DNA of 64,000 nt, taken from the NCBI GenBank assembly GCA_033813415.1, contig JAPXRV010000005.1, forward strand, positions 6,164-70,163, written 5' to 3'. Position numbers and translations under genes: made by a program. Each line of letters opens with the position of its first letter. Within the stretch, counting starts at the first letter, position 1. Under the pieces are notes generated by a model. The model searched no databases and was not told the DNA's origin. It saw only the letters and a list, made by a program, of their open reading frames with translations. Positions 55,480 through 64,000 of this stretch are shown piece after piece. The DNA comes from Opitutales bacterium (GTDB lineage: Bacteria > Verrucomicrobiota > Verrucomicrobiia > Opitutales > JAFGAQ01).

Positions 55480-55516
55480 AAAAAAGGCTCTCCCGTTTGT
55501 GGGAGAGCCTTTTTTT
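55480..55516. terminator. bidirectional intrinsic terminator
   Basis: aaaaaAGGCTCTCCCgtttgtGGGAGAGCCTtttttt forms a 10-bp perfect stem flanked by an A-run and a T-run. It lies between convergent genes. Confidence 0.8.
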
Positions 55517-55543
55517 CGTTTGGAACAAATTCAAATAACCGGA

Positions 55544-56269
55544 TCAGAGCCCGATCGACAATCCGAGCGAGGCGGAGAGCCCATCGTCCCAGTTCATGCC
55601 GCTCCTGGCATCCTCGCCATCGGTGTAGCCTACTCCGAAACTGACGGAGGTTGTGCTGTTGAGACGATACCCGTATTTGGCGGAAACGCCGTAATAGGCG
55701 CCTTCTTCCCCTTCATCCGGCGAAACAAATCCCACAAAGGCTCCGACGGTCACGCCGGACACGTTGTCGAGCTCGAAGGTATGGGAAACCGTTCCCTGAA
55801 GGGTCCATGTTTCCAGTGTGAGGTCGTAATACACGTAACCGGATGGATTGAGAAGGGTTTCGAAACTCAATCCCACATAGGGTTCCCAGGTCGGGTTGTC
55901 ATCGGAAGGACGTTCCGGATAGTAGAATCCGGTGATCCCGACGTCGAGGATGACGGGTACCATCACATTGATGTAGGAATCAATTTGGGTGTTTTGACCC
56001 AGAAAGACGTTCAGTTCGTTGGAGTAGAGCCAGCCGATGTCGCTGTCCCTTGCTTCGAACGGCTCTGCAAACCAGATTCCCGCGTAGGCGTCGCCATAGG
56101 TGAAATCGACCTCGGTTTCCACGATGGAGTCCGCGCGCTGCTGGCCTCGGAAGTAGTAGTCGCTCTTGATGCCGGCGGAGATAGCGGCATCAAAGATCGG
56201 TTCTGCCTGAAGGGATGCGGCTCCCGCAATCAGAAATACAGCGGTCGCAGTAAGGATGGATTCTTTCAT
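55544..56269 (-). CDS. outer-membrane beta-barrel protein (TIGR02001/Gcw_chp-like), paralog 1
   Basis: It has a signal peptide, SDYYFRGQQRADS...YAGIWFAEPF, alternating beta-strand patterning and a C-terminal aromatic-type end (LSIGL). Confidence 0.7.
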   Translation of the reverse strand: MKESILTATAVFLIAGAASLQAEPIFDAAISAGIKSDYYFRGQQRADSIVETEVDFTYGDAYAGIWFAEPFEARDSDIGWLYSNELNVFLGQNTQIDSYINVMVPVILDVGITGFYYPERPSDDNPTWEPYVGLSFETLLNPSGYVYYDLTLETWTLQGTVSHTFELDNVSGVTVGAFVGFVSPDEGEEGAYYGVSAKYGYRLNSTTSVSFGVGYTDGEDARSGMNWDDGLSASLGLSIGL

Positions 56270-56484
56270 TATCTGCAGATAGTTGGGTTGTTAGAACTTG
56301 GAGGACTATTGTGCGGACACAGCCCGGACAATACAACCCAAAAGCAGTATTCATGCACAAGCATTTTCTTCGCAATTGTCCTTGTTTGATCCGGTGAGGA
56401 AATGCAGGTTTTTGTAAGGTATCCATTTGCGGGGCGTCATGGGCCTGACCGCAAGGGCATGGAGGTGGCATGCTTCGGCAATAG

Positions 56485-56523
56485 AAAACAAAAAACCCGA
56501 TTCCGGTGAGTCGGAATCGGGTT
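56485..56523 (-). terminator. intrinsic terminator after porin paralog 2
   Basis: The minus strand reads AACCCGATTCCGactcacCGGAATCGGGTTtttttgtttt, giving a 12-bp perfect stem. Confidence 0.75.
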
Positions 56524-56556
56524 GTGATAAATAACGGATCGCTTGGTCTGGAAGGA

Positions 56557-57261
56557 TCAGAATCCGATCGAGAGTCCGCCCGTGAAGCAGAACCCGTTGT
56601 CCCAGTTGCCGCCAGACAGTTCGGTGTCGCCATCGGTGTAGGAGACCCCGAGTTTGGCGCTGGCCGTGTCGGTTATGCTGTAGACATAGTTCGCAGCGAG
56701 GCTGAAGTAGAAGCCGCCATCGCCCTCATCAGGAGATACGTAACCGGCTTTGGCTTCAACGTCGAAGCTTGCGGATTCATCCTCCGCAGGGAAACTGTAG
56801 GAGACTCCACCTTCGAAGGCCCAGATTTCCAACGTCACATCGTAGTAGACGTAGGCCGTTGGGGAGAGGGTGGTATCGAAGGCAACGCCCACGTACGGTT
56901 CCCATGTCGGGTTGTCATCCGAAGGCAGTTCCGGATAATAGTAGGCGGTGACTCCCAGATCGACCGACATCAGGTCGTTGACCGCGATACCATAACCGGC
57001 GAAGATGTCGAGTTCGTTGGCGTAGTAAGCGCCCAAGTCCGAATCGACCGCTTCAAATGGGGATGCATACCAGAGTCCGGCGTAGAAATCCCCGTAGGTA
57101 TAATCGACCGCGGTTTCGATGAACGAGTCCGCGAGCTGTGTGCCACGGAAGTAGTAGTCGCTGTTGAAGGCGGTGGATAGTGTCAGCGACGATTCTTCCT
57201 GTGCGAAAAGCGCACTGCTGATGAGTGTCGTCGCTGTGGCGATGAGGATCTTGATTTTCAT
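56557..57261 (-). CDS. outer-membrane beta-barrel protein (TIGR02001/Gcw_chp-like), paralog 2
   Basis: It is collinear with 55544-56269 (NSDYYFRGTQLADS...YAGLWYASPF...ELPSDDNPTWEPYVG...LSIGF). Confidence 0.7.
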   Translation of the reverse strand: MKIKILIATATTLISSALFAQEESSLTLSTAFNSDYYFRGTQLADSFIETAVDYTYGDFYAGLWYASPFEAVDSDLGAYYANELDIFAGYGIAVNDLMSVDLGVTAYYYPELPSDDNPTWEPYVGVAFDTTLSPTAYVYYDVTLEIWAFEGGVSYSFPAEDESASFDVEAKAGYVSPDEGDGGFYFSLAANYVYSITDTASAKLGVSYTDGDTELSGGNWDNGFCFTGGLSIGF

Positions 57262-57354
57262 AGCTGTCTATGCGTCTGTTCAGTTGTTGAGAAGCAATAG
57301 GAAATGACCGATATCATCTCCGATTACGGTGGCGAACTCAAGCTAAGAACATGC

Positions 57355-57400
57355 CAATCTGCGGAGGAATCCCAAATCTGCGCAGAATCGTAATCGCAGG
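57355..57400. repeat. reiterated aatctgcg-type short repeat module
   Basis: ccAATCTGCGgaggaatcccAAATCTGCGcagAATCGTAATCGCagg carries the same core as 12861-12870 and 50506-50525. Confidence 0.45.
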
Positions 57401-57468
57401 AACGAGTGGGCAAGAGATTCGATGAAGGGCGTGTGGGCCTATGCCAGCAAGGTCCATAGGGGTGCAGA

Positions 57469-59667
57469 CTATTCCCTCGACAAGACAATGGAGAGCGGTT
57501 CGGGAGATCCGAGCTCAATGCTTCTCGGGTCGGGTGCGGACCCGCCAACCGTGATCCGGAAGTCGCCCGGTACAAACACCTTTTCTCCACGCTGATTGTG
57601 CATGAGGAAGGTGTCGGGTTCCAATTCCATGAGAACTTTGGTTGTTTCGCCCGGTTTGACCCTGACCCGGCGGGTGGCGACCAGGCTTTCAACAGGAACG
57701 TCAAATGGTGCATCCACGCAGTGCAGGTAAACCTGAACCACTTCCTCTCCCTCGGTCTCGCTGGTGTTCGCCACCAGGAAGCTGACGCGGACCGGATCTT
57801 TCTCCGCAAAGGACATGCGGTTGAGGCCGATCGAAGAGTAGGTGAACTGGCTGTAGGAAAGCCCGAATCCAAACGGATACATTGGAGTGGCCGTGGCGTA
57901 ACGGTAGGTCCTTCCGTTCATCGCGTAGGAGTCGAAAGGAGGCAGATCGTCGGCGCTCATCGGGAAGGTGATCGGCAGGCGGCCCGATGGATTGACGTCG
58001 CCGAAAAGGACATCCGCAATCGCATTTCCACCTTGCTCCCCGGGATACCATGCGAAAATCACGGCATCAGACAGTTCATGAACCTCTTTCATGAGCATGG
58101 GGCCTCCACCCATGACCACCGTGATAATTTTGGTGGAATTGTCCTCACGGAGCATGCGCAGATAGTCGAGTTGATTGCCGGGTATGTTAAGGTCGACCCG
58201 GTCTCCGTGGTTTCTGGATAGGACCGCTTCGCCCTCTTCGCCTTCGAGGAGTGGGCTCGAGCCGATTACCACAATAGTCACCGGAGCCTCGCGGGCCATG
58301 CGGATCGCAACATCGGGGGTCTCGTTGTCGATGGGGAGGAGCGGAAACCCGTGGACGTAGTTGAGTTTGGTCCCGGCATGTATTTTGCCGGTGATCCCCT
58401 CGATGGCGGTCACGAGGTTTGCGGACAGTCCATAGTAATTTCCGAGCAAGGCTTCGGCGTGCGCCGCAAGGGGGCCCACCACCAGCAGGTCGGAGAGGTT
58501 TGCCGACAAGGGCAGAACACCATCGTTTTTCAGGAGCACGATTGACTTTGCAGCGGCTTCGCGCGCGAGCCGGACATGGGATTCGGAACCGATGATGTCC
58601 GGTGAGAGGCGGTTGAACGATACTTTTTCGACTGGATCAAAGAGCCCGAGGCGGAAACGGGTGCGGAGAATCCTTGCAAGTGCCTGATCAATCTCCCTTT
58701 CGAAGATCAGGCCGCGTTCGATCGCGGTTCCGAGGGAGCGGAACGCTTCACCGCAGTTGAGGTGCACCCCGCTCTTGATGGCCTTGGCCGCAGACTCAGC
58801 CGAATCAGCCGTGATCTTGTGGTTTTGGTGGAAATCCTGAATGGCCCAGCAGTCGGAGACAATGTATCCTTCAAATCCCCAACGGGTTTGAAGAATATCC
58901 GCGAGAAGAAAGTCGCTACCGCAGCAGGGGGCGCCGAACACGGCGTTGTAAGCGCACATCACACCTTCAACTTTGGCCTCGCGAACAAGCTTCTCAAACG
59001 CGGGAAGATAGGATTCCCAGAGGTCTTTGCGCGGTGGGTGCGCGTCAAACGAATGGCGTTGGCTTTCCGGTCCGGAGTGGACGGCATAGTGTTTGGCGCA
59101 TGCCGCGGTTTTCAGGTAGCGGGGATCATCTCCCTGCATGCCGTGGACGAAGGCGGAGCCGAGAAGTCCGGTGAGGTACGGGTCCTCGCCAAAGGTTTCC
59201 ATGCCACGCCCCCAGCGCGGATCGCGGAAGATGTTGATGTTGGGCGACCAGAAGGTCAGGCCCGGATAGCTGTCGCGGTCGCCGAGCGCCACTGCGGCGT
59301 TGAATTTCGCCCGGGCTTCGTCGGAAATCGCGGAGGCGATGCGGTGAACCAAGGTCTCATCGAAGGTCGCACCCAATCCAATAACTTGAGGAAAGACCGT
59401 TGCACGCCCATAACGGGCGACGCCATGGAGGGCTTCGTTCCACCAATCGTAGGCTGGGATCCCGAGCCGTTCAATGCCCGGCGCATCGTGCAGCAACTGG
59501 GCGAGTTTCTCCTCAAGTGTCAGTTTTGAGATGAGATCGGCCACCCTTTTGTCGGTAGGGAGATCAGGGTCGAGGTAACTCCCTTTTTCGGGTTGCGCGG
59601 ACAGTTGGGCAACCAAGGCAACAACCAGAGTGAATGCGAGTCGGATCGTGAAAGTGGGTGTCTTCAT
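57469..59667 (-). CDS. glycoside hydrolase family 3 (beta-glucosidase/beta-xylosidase type) with C-terminal Fn3-like domain
   Basis: The start was chosen at the Met before the signal peptide MKTPTFTIRLAFTLVVALVAQLSA. The GH3 motifs are WWNEALHGV, FRDPRWGRG and GYIVSDCWAI (nucleophile Asp). Confidence 0.9.
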   Translation of the reverse strand: MKTPTFTIRLAFTLVVALVAQLSAQPEKGSYLDPDLPTDKRVADLISKLTLEEKLAQLLHDAPGIERLGIPAYDWWNEALHGVARYGRATVFPQVIGLGATFDETLVHRIASAISDEARAKFNAAVALGDRDSYPGLTFWSPNINIFRDPRWGRGMETFGEDPYLTGLLGSAFVHGMQGDDPRYLKTAACAKHYAVHSGPESQRHSFDAHPPRKDLWESYLPAFEKLVREAKVEGVMCAYNAVFGAPCCGSDFLLADILQTRWGFEGYIVSDCWAIQDFHQNHKITADSAESAAKAIKSGVHLNCGEAFRSLGTAIERGLIFEREIDQALARILRTRFRLGLFDPVEKVSFNRLSPDIIGSESHVRLAREAAAKSIVLLKNDGVLPLSANLSDLLVVGPLAAHAEALLGNYYGLSANLVTAIEGITGKIHAGTKLNYVHGFPLLPIDNETPDVAIRMAREAPVTIVVIGSSPLLEGEEGEAVLSRNHGDRVDLNIPGNQLDYLRMLREDNSTKIITVVMGGGPMLMKEVHELSDAVIFAWYPGEQGGNAIADVLFGDVNPSGRLPITFPMSADDLPPFDSYAMNGRTYRYATATPMYPFGFGLSYSQFTYSSIGLNRMSFAEKDPVRVSFLVANTSETEGEEVVQVYLHCVDAPFDVPVESLVATRRVRVKPGETTKVLMELEPDTFLMHNQRGEKVFVPGDFRITVGGSAPDPRSIELGSPEPLSIVLSRE

Positions 59668-59686
59668 TGTATTGGGAAAGGAGATT

Positions 59687-61342
59687 TCAGTTTCTGGCCT
59701 CTCTTTTGAGGGCGATGTGCTTGCGGATGAACGCGAAGGAAATCCCAAACCATGCAAGGGCATGCAGACTGAGTCCGATCCAGAGTGCGCGTCCGGCGGT
59801 GTCCCAAAACGCGAGCGTGTGGCTTTCGGGGTCAAAGGGAATGATACGGGTGGCCGCGTAGGCCAGATGAGAGACAGGAGAAAGGGCCGCTACGTAGATC
59901 GCGGCTTCGTGCCAGCTCATGGCCGCCGAGATGAAAATGCCCATCAGGCAGGGAAGCCCCCATACCAGCATCAGGTAGGTGATGGTTCGTCCGGGTTCGA
60001 TCAGGCTGATGGTTGCGTGAAAGACCAGAATGGTTACAACAAGGGCGAGCGGGATCCCGATCCATTGGGTCCAATCGAGCAGTTCAAAGGCGAGGATGCC
60101 ATTGATGTGGAGTTCCCTCATCTCAGTGCCCAAGGCGAATACGGCCACCAATGCGATCGCCAGAGCAAACCATCCGGCGGGCGCTTCATCGCGCAAGGGA
60201 GAAAGCATCCAACTGTTTTTGCGATAAGTGCGCCTCCATCCCTTCAGGATCTCTCCGTGGGTAGGGGTGACGATGCTGATCAACATCATGGCGCTCAGAA
60301 GCAGGAAACAGGAGAGCAAAAGAGGGAGGGCTGCCGCAACCTCCGGCGGAATCCTGGCTCCGGACATGGTTCCGAGGATCGGCAGCGTGAGTTCGGTGTT
60401 TCCAGTGAGGACTGGCCAGATCGTTCCCAGCGCGAGAGTGGCAAGCAGGATGAACACTGTCAGAGACTGCAGTTTGCTCAGGATGTGGCATTCCGCATCT
60501 TTCCATTTGCGGATGCAGATGGTCAGGAACATGAGGGAGAGCAATCCTTGCAACGCCAGCGAGAAAACCAGGGGCGATACTTGATAGTCGAAAAATGGCA
60601 CCGGCCCTCTTGGTTGGAATTGGGAGACCTGTCCCGGGATGCTTTCATGGATCAGTGGAATGATGGTGTCCATCAGCACCGGTCTCACGGTAAGGTATTG
60701 GAAAAAGTAGAGTCCAAGATGGGAGAACTGTGGCAAAACCAGGTAGAGCAGCAGGACCATGCCCTGGGTGAGGCGGGTGGCAAATCTCCAGCGCTTTGCG
60801 GCAAGCCCGGCCGCAAGTCCGGTCAGGTGATAGAGTATGGAGGCACTCAGAAAGACGCCGTAGTAGGAGGCTGCGCTTCCAATCGGGATGTCCCCGATCC
60901 ATATCGCAAACACTGCGAAGGGAAGCGTGAGGGCAAAAAGGATGTACTCGCGGATGGGAAGTCCAAACAGGAACCCGACGAGAGTGGAGAAAGGCCCCAT
61001 CGGGGTGAGCCGCTGGTAGTCGAGCGTGCCGGCGACTTTGTCTTCGACCACACCGCCTGCCACGCTTCCCGTGGCGATGAGCATGAGAAGAAATCCTTGG
61101 ATGAACAGGATGGGCAGCATGGCGGCCCGGGCGGCATCACGTGCGGAAAGGAGCCCGTGGTTGATTGCCGTGTAGTAGGTGGTGAGGAAGAAGAAACCGC
61201 TCAGCATCAACACCCCGAGTATCCATGCAAAGGCCGAGCGCGGCCGCATCCGGCTGCGGAGGAACCTCAGTATCAGGGGGTTTGCCCAGATAGCCCAGAC
61301 CGGGGCTGGTTCGTGTTCGTCGGCTGAAGGAAGGTCGTTCAT
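59687..61342 (-). CDS. large polytopic membrane protein, ABC-2-type permease partner
   Basis: 551 aa with more than 10 TM helices. The N-terminal ANPLILRFLRSRMRPRS is typical of ABC-2-like permeases. It overlaps the upstream ATPase stop by 4 nt. Confidence 0.65.
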   Translation of the reverse strand: MNDLPSADEHEPAPVWAIWANPLILRFLRSRMRPRSAFAWILGVLMLSGFFFLTTYYTAINHGLLSARDAARAAMLPILFIQGFLLMLIATGSVAGGVVEDKVAGTLDYQRLTPMGPFSTLVGFLFGLPIREYILFALTLPFAVFAIWIGDIPIGSAASYYGVFLSASILYHLTGLAAGLAAKRWRFATRLTQGMVLLLYLVLPQFSHLGLYFFQYLTVRPVLMDTIIPLIHESIPGQVSQFQPRGPVPFFDYQVSPLVFSLALQGLLSLMFLTICIRKWKDAECHILSKLQSLTVFILLATLALGTIWPVLTGNTELTLPILGTMSGARIPPEVAAALPLLLSCFLLLSAMMLISIVTPTHGEILKGWRRTYRKNSWMLSPLRDEAPAGWFALAIALVAVFALGTEMRELHINGILAFELLDWTQWIGIPLALVVTILVFHATISLIEPGRTITYLMLVWGLPCLMGIFISAAMSWHEAAIYVAALSPVSHLAYAATRIIPFDPESHTLAFWDTAGRALWIGLSLHALAWFGISFAFIRKHIALKREARN

Positions 61343-62325
61343 GAGCGGGTTACGGTCTTGAGCATATCTTCCAAGGTGGCGGATTTCCGACGGAAGCCGA
61401 GCACCTGCACGCCTCCGGTTTCAATCAACTGGCGCAGGATGGTGGCTTGTTCGGCGTCATCGCCATCAAATGATGCTGCGAACTTTCCTTGGGCCATGGG
61501 TGCCCAGCTTGCGATGAGCGGGGACTTTTCCAGCCATGCGGTGGCTTTTTCCACTGTGTCGGGGGTGGTCTGGATCTCGACGGTGCGTTGGGCACGGGGC
61601 TTCCCGGGCTCTTCTATGAATCCGTCGAGAGGCCCGACGTACCGGAGTGTGCCAAGGTGCATAATGGCCACGCCGGTGCACATGTCCGCGAGATCGGCGA
61701 GGATGTGGGATGAGAGAATGACCACGCAGCCCTTGCGTGCGAGTGCCAGAAGGGTGTCGCGCAGGTCAATGCGTGCGAGTGGGTCCATGCCGCTGGCAGG
61801 CTCATCCAGCAAAAGGAGTTTGGGCTGATGAAGGAGTGTCTTGGCGAGGACCACCCGTTGCATCATTCCGCGGGAAAGGGTGTTGCAGTAGACGGAGCGT
61901 TGGGAAGCCATACCCACATGATCAAGGCACTCCTGCACGCGATCCTTGCGTTCGGCCCCATAGAGCCCGTGGGATGTGGCGAAGTGCTCGAGAAACTCAA
62001 ACACTTTCAGGTTTCCGATCACAGGAGCGAGGTCTGGCATGTAACCGAGGACCGGATGGACGCTCCATGGATCGTCGAGGACATCCATACCAAAGGCTTT
62101 GACCTTGCCGTAGGTCGGCTGGAGCAGAGTGGCTAATACCCGGATGATGCTGGTTTTTCCCGCACCGTTTGGACCCACAAGTCCAAACAGGCTTCCGGGT
62201 GGCACATGAAAGCTCACCCCGTTAACGGCGGTGAGGTTGTCGTAGTCCACACGCAGGTTTTCTACCACCAGTCCGTCTTCGGTCGGGGCAATTTGGGTCG
62301 CAATTGGAGGTGAGGATGCGGACAT
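61339..62325 (-). CDS. ABC transporter ATP-binding protein (ABC-2/export type)
   Basis: GPNGAGKTS, LSRGMMQRVVLAKT and LLLDEPASGMDP are present. The ORF is open to 62367. Confidence 0.85.
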   Translation of the reverse strand: MSASSPPIATQIAPTEDGLVVENLRVDYDNLTAVNGVSFHVPPGSLFGLVGPNGAGKTSIIRVLATLLQPTYGKVKAFGMDVLDDPWSVHPVLGYMPDLAPVIGNLKVFEFLEHFATSHGLYGAERKDRVQECLDHVGMASQRSVYCNTLSRGMMQRVVLAKTLLHQPKLLLLDEPASGMDPLARIDLRDTLLALARKGCVVILSSHILADLADMCTGVAIMHLGTLRYVGPLDGFIEEPGKPRAQRTVEIQTTPDTVEKATAWLEKSPLIASWAPMAQGKFAASFDGDDAEQATILRQLIETGGVQVLGFRRKSATLEDMLKTVTRS

Positions 62326-62524
62326 TGAGGGCAGATAATCTTCGTCACACTGATGGATCGGATGCAATCGGGCAAGCTTCCAATGATGGGTTGCGGGGTT
62401 TTGGTGAAGGGTGTGAAGGATTCTGGGGGATTTGCATTTGGTGCGCCAGATGGCCGGGGTTCAGGGAGAGTGCGGTGCGCATGGCTGGGACGCGAGTTGA
62501 GGATCGGATTTTTCGCCTTGGGGT

Positions 62525-62551
62525 TGTAACATTCGGAGCAAAGGATGCGTC
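62525..62551 (+). promoter_or_regulatory. candidate ECF-type promoter (TGTAAC-N17-CGTC)
   Basis: It resembles the AAC-N16/17-CGT architecture of ECF autoregulated promoters. It ends 22 nt upstream of the sigma factor ATG. Confidence 0.3.
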
Positions 62552-62572
62552 TACCCTGATGAATCCGATTTC

Positions 62573-63094
62573 ATGAACAACCAAACTGCATTCCGGACCC
62601 ACCTGATGTCCCACAAGGACAAGCTGTTCCGCTACGCCCGTTACACATTAGGGGATGCTTCGGAGGCGGAAGACGCCACGCAGGAGGTTTTCGTGCGCTT
62701 GTGGAATGCGATGGAGTCGGGCAAGATCGAAAACTGTGGCCACTGGTTGATGCGGACGATGCACAACTACTGTGTTGACCTGTTGCGCAAACGCAGGCGT
62801 ACCAGCGACCGGAACGTGGCTTTGCGCGAGGATACGGATGATGCGGCCATGGCGTGGTCGGGTCCCGGTGCGGACCCATCGGAGGCGATAGACAGTCGCA
62901 GTCTGGGAGCGAGGATCGAGCATGCGGTGCATGGACTTCCGGAAACCCTCCGGTCGGTGTTTCTGATGTATGAGGTCAATGGATTGAAATACAGGGAAAT
63001 CGCGGCTCATCTCTGTCTTCCTATCAATTCGGTAAAAGTGCATCTGTTGCGTGCCAGACGGATGCTGCAGGAGGAACTGAAACATGAAAACTGA
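62573..63094 (+). CDS. ECF (sigma-70 family group 4) RNA polymerase sigma factor
   Basis: Region 2 is DATQEVFVRLW...WLMRTMHNYCVDLLRKR. Region 4 is YREIAAHLCLPINSVKVHLLRAR. Confidence 0.85.
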   Translation: MNNQTAFRTHLMSHKDKLFRYARYTLGDASEAEDATQEVFVRLWNAMESGKIENCGHWLMRTMHNYCVDLLRKRRRTSDRNVALREDTDDAAMAWSGPGADPSEAIDSRSLGARIEHAVHGLPETLRSVFLMYEVNGLKYREIAAHLCLPINSVKVHLLRARRMLQEELKHEN

Positions 63095-63644
63095 AAGCAT
63101 GGACCACGGGAAGCTGTCCGAAAAGGATCTCGATTTGCTGACTTGTGTGGCCTGGGGGCGGCCCGGCTGGATTGCCCGCTGGCAGTGCCGCAGGCTGGTG
63201 AGTAGAAATCCGGAGGCGAACCGCTTGCTTGACGGTTATCGAACCAACGCACAGGAGGTCAGGGAGGCGGTTCGTTGCAGGGACTGTCCTGATGAGCTGG
63301 TGACACGTCTCATGAAGGTGGCCGCGGCTCCCGAACGAGAAGCGAAGGTATCGCTTGTTTCAAGCGCATGGAGCCGCATGGCGCCGATAGCCGCTCTCGG
63401 ACTATGTGTTATCGGCGCAGGAATGTGGTGGAATTATTCGCAGAAACCCAGTCAGGGGCACGATGCGGCGGAAGCTGCGTTTTTGGCCCGCCAGTCTATT
63501 GTCATGGTCAGTGAAATTTTGGGACGTCCCAGTGTCGATGCATGTGAAATAGCGGTGAAGCAGTCCGCTGCAAGTCAGATACACGGGACTATGTTCACGG
63601 GAGTTAATACAATCAAGGAAAGGTTAGCATATGAAAATGAGTAA
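63084..63644 (+). CDS. putative anti-sigma factor (single-pass membrane protein)
   Basis: It overlaps the sigma gene by 11 nt. It has a Cys-containing N-terminal domain and a central TM helix (IAALGLCVIGAGMWW). Confidence 0.5.
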   Translation: MKTESMDHGKLSEKDLDLLTCVAWGRPGWIARWQCRRLVSRNPEANRLLDGYRTNAQEVREAVRCRDCPDELVTRLMKVAAAPEREAKVSLVSSAWSRMAPIAALGLCVIGAGMWWNYSQKPSQGHDAAEAAFLARQSIVMVSEILGRPSVDACEIAVKQSAASQIHGTMFTGVNTIKERLAYENE

Positions 63645-64000
63645 GTGGGTATGGTTGGCTGCTGGAGTGTCGGTTATCTTCAGTGGTGGTTTGTGGGCGC
63701 AGGATGACGGAGATGCGGTGACGCGTTCCCAATCCGGTTATCTGGACTTGGATCGCTTTGTCAGCGAGAACTCCGGAAATGTGAAGACGGAGGTGTTCCT
63801 TCACTCCAATATCCTGCAAATGGCGGCACGTTTAGTCCGGCAGGCGGAACCGGAGTTTGCGAAGATGCTCGAATCCATCGCACTGATCCGTGTCGTGGAC
63901 CTGGAATTCCAGGATAGTGACGTCGGTTCGATCGACAACCGTTCGAGTGCCTTGCTTTCATCGATGCGGGATGGAAGCTGGCAGACGCTAGTGAGGACGC
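63631..64000 (+). CDS. DUF4252-like secreted protein (partial, runs off the window)
   Basis: My manual translation is MKMSKWVWLAAGVSVIFSGGLWAQ...VKTEVFLHSNILQMAARLV...LIRVVDLEF. It has a signal peptide and sits in the typical position after an ECF / anti-sigma pair. No stop codon occurs before the window end. Confidence 0.55.
   Translation, partial: MKMSKWVWLAAGVSVIFSGGLWAQDDGDAVTRSQSGYLDLDRFVSENSGNVKTEVFLHSNILQMAARLVRQAEPEFAKMLESIALIRVVDLEFQDSDVGSIDNRSSALLSSMRDGSWQTLVRT

Noticed and set aside
55499-57180. Two plus-strand ORFs of 296 and 224 aa (55499-56389 and 56506-57180).
   Set aside because: They are antisense to the two porin paralogs. They resemble each other only because the porins do. 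The terminator hairpins and signal peptides support the minus-strand genes.
59630-61327. A 565-aa plus-strand ORF rich in charged residues.
   Set aside because: It is antisense to the 551-aa polytopic permease, whose hydrophobic TM periodicity is convincing. The antisense translation is low-complexity (G/E/D/R/K/Q). It is a shadow ORF.

Overview
This is a moderately GC-rich, gene-dense chromosomal window with about 55 protein-coding genes on both strands. I saw no rRNA, tRNA, CRISPR array, transposase, integrase or phage gene. The gene content suggests an aerobic, polysaccharide-degrading member of the Verrucomicrobiota/PVC group, but this is inference only. Supporting content includes PEP-CTERM proteins, many secreted CAZyme-like enzymes (GH97, GH5+SGNH, GH105/88, GH3, a beta-helix protein, an esterase), a fused ccoNO, a fused ccsBA and TIGR02001-type porins.

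Recognisable blocks:
- A cbb3 oxidase cluster (ccoNO, ccoQ-like, ccoP, ccoG), divergent from a lipoprotein gene and ccsBA.
- amtB-glnK behind a textbook sigma-54 promoter.
- An LPS-related operon: DUF4254, an LpxL-like gene fused to a GT9 N-domain, an msbA-like gene and an unknown gene.
- Stand-alone trpB2, a SulP transporter, pyrG, a CPA2 antiporter and two ABC systems.
- An ECF sigma / anti-sigma / DUF4252 module.

I did not find a convincing complete new multi-gene system such as a defence system. The unexplained signals I rank highest are:
1. Mosaic short-repeat islands at 11.8-13.0 kb and 50.0-50.7 kb, with satellite modules at 7.11 kb and 57.36 kb. They share a 91-nt unit (83/91 identical by manual alignment) carrying a perfect 18-bp palindrome. 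Two of the four loci (7.11 kb and 11.8-13.0 kb) abut truncated or decayed genes.
2. An 860-aa membrane protein that fuses a Ser-less alpha/beta-hydrolase-like domain, a DedA/VTT domain and an ATP-grasp ligase.
3. Several decayed or oddly shortened genes: a methyltransferase pseudogene, an N-truncated DsrE-like gene, a middle-less HNH gene, a DksA/TraR remnant and a Pmp3/YqaE gene with an in-frame TAA.
4. A roughly 300-nt candidate structured leader upstream of an ABC importer that has no binding-protein gene.

All family assignments come from motif recognition by eye. No searches were run.
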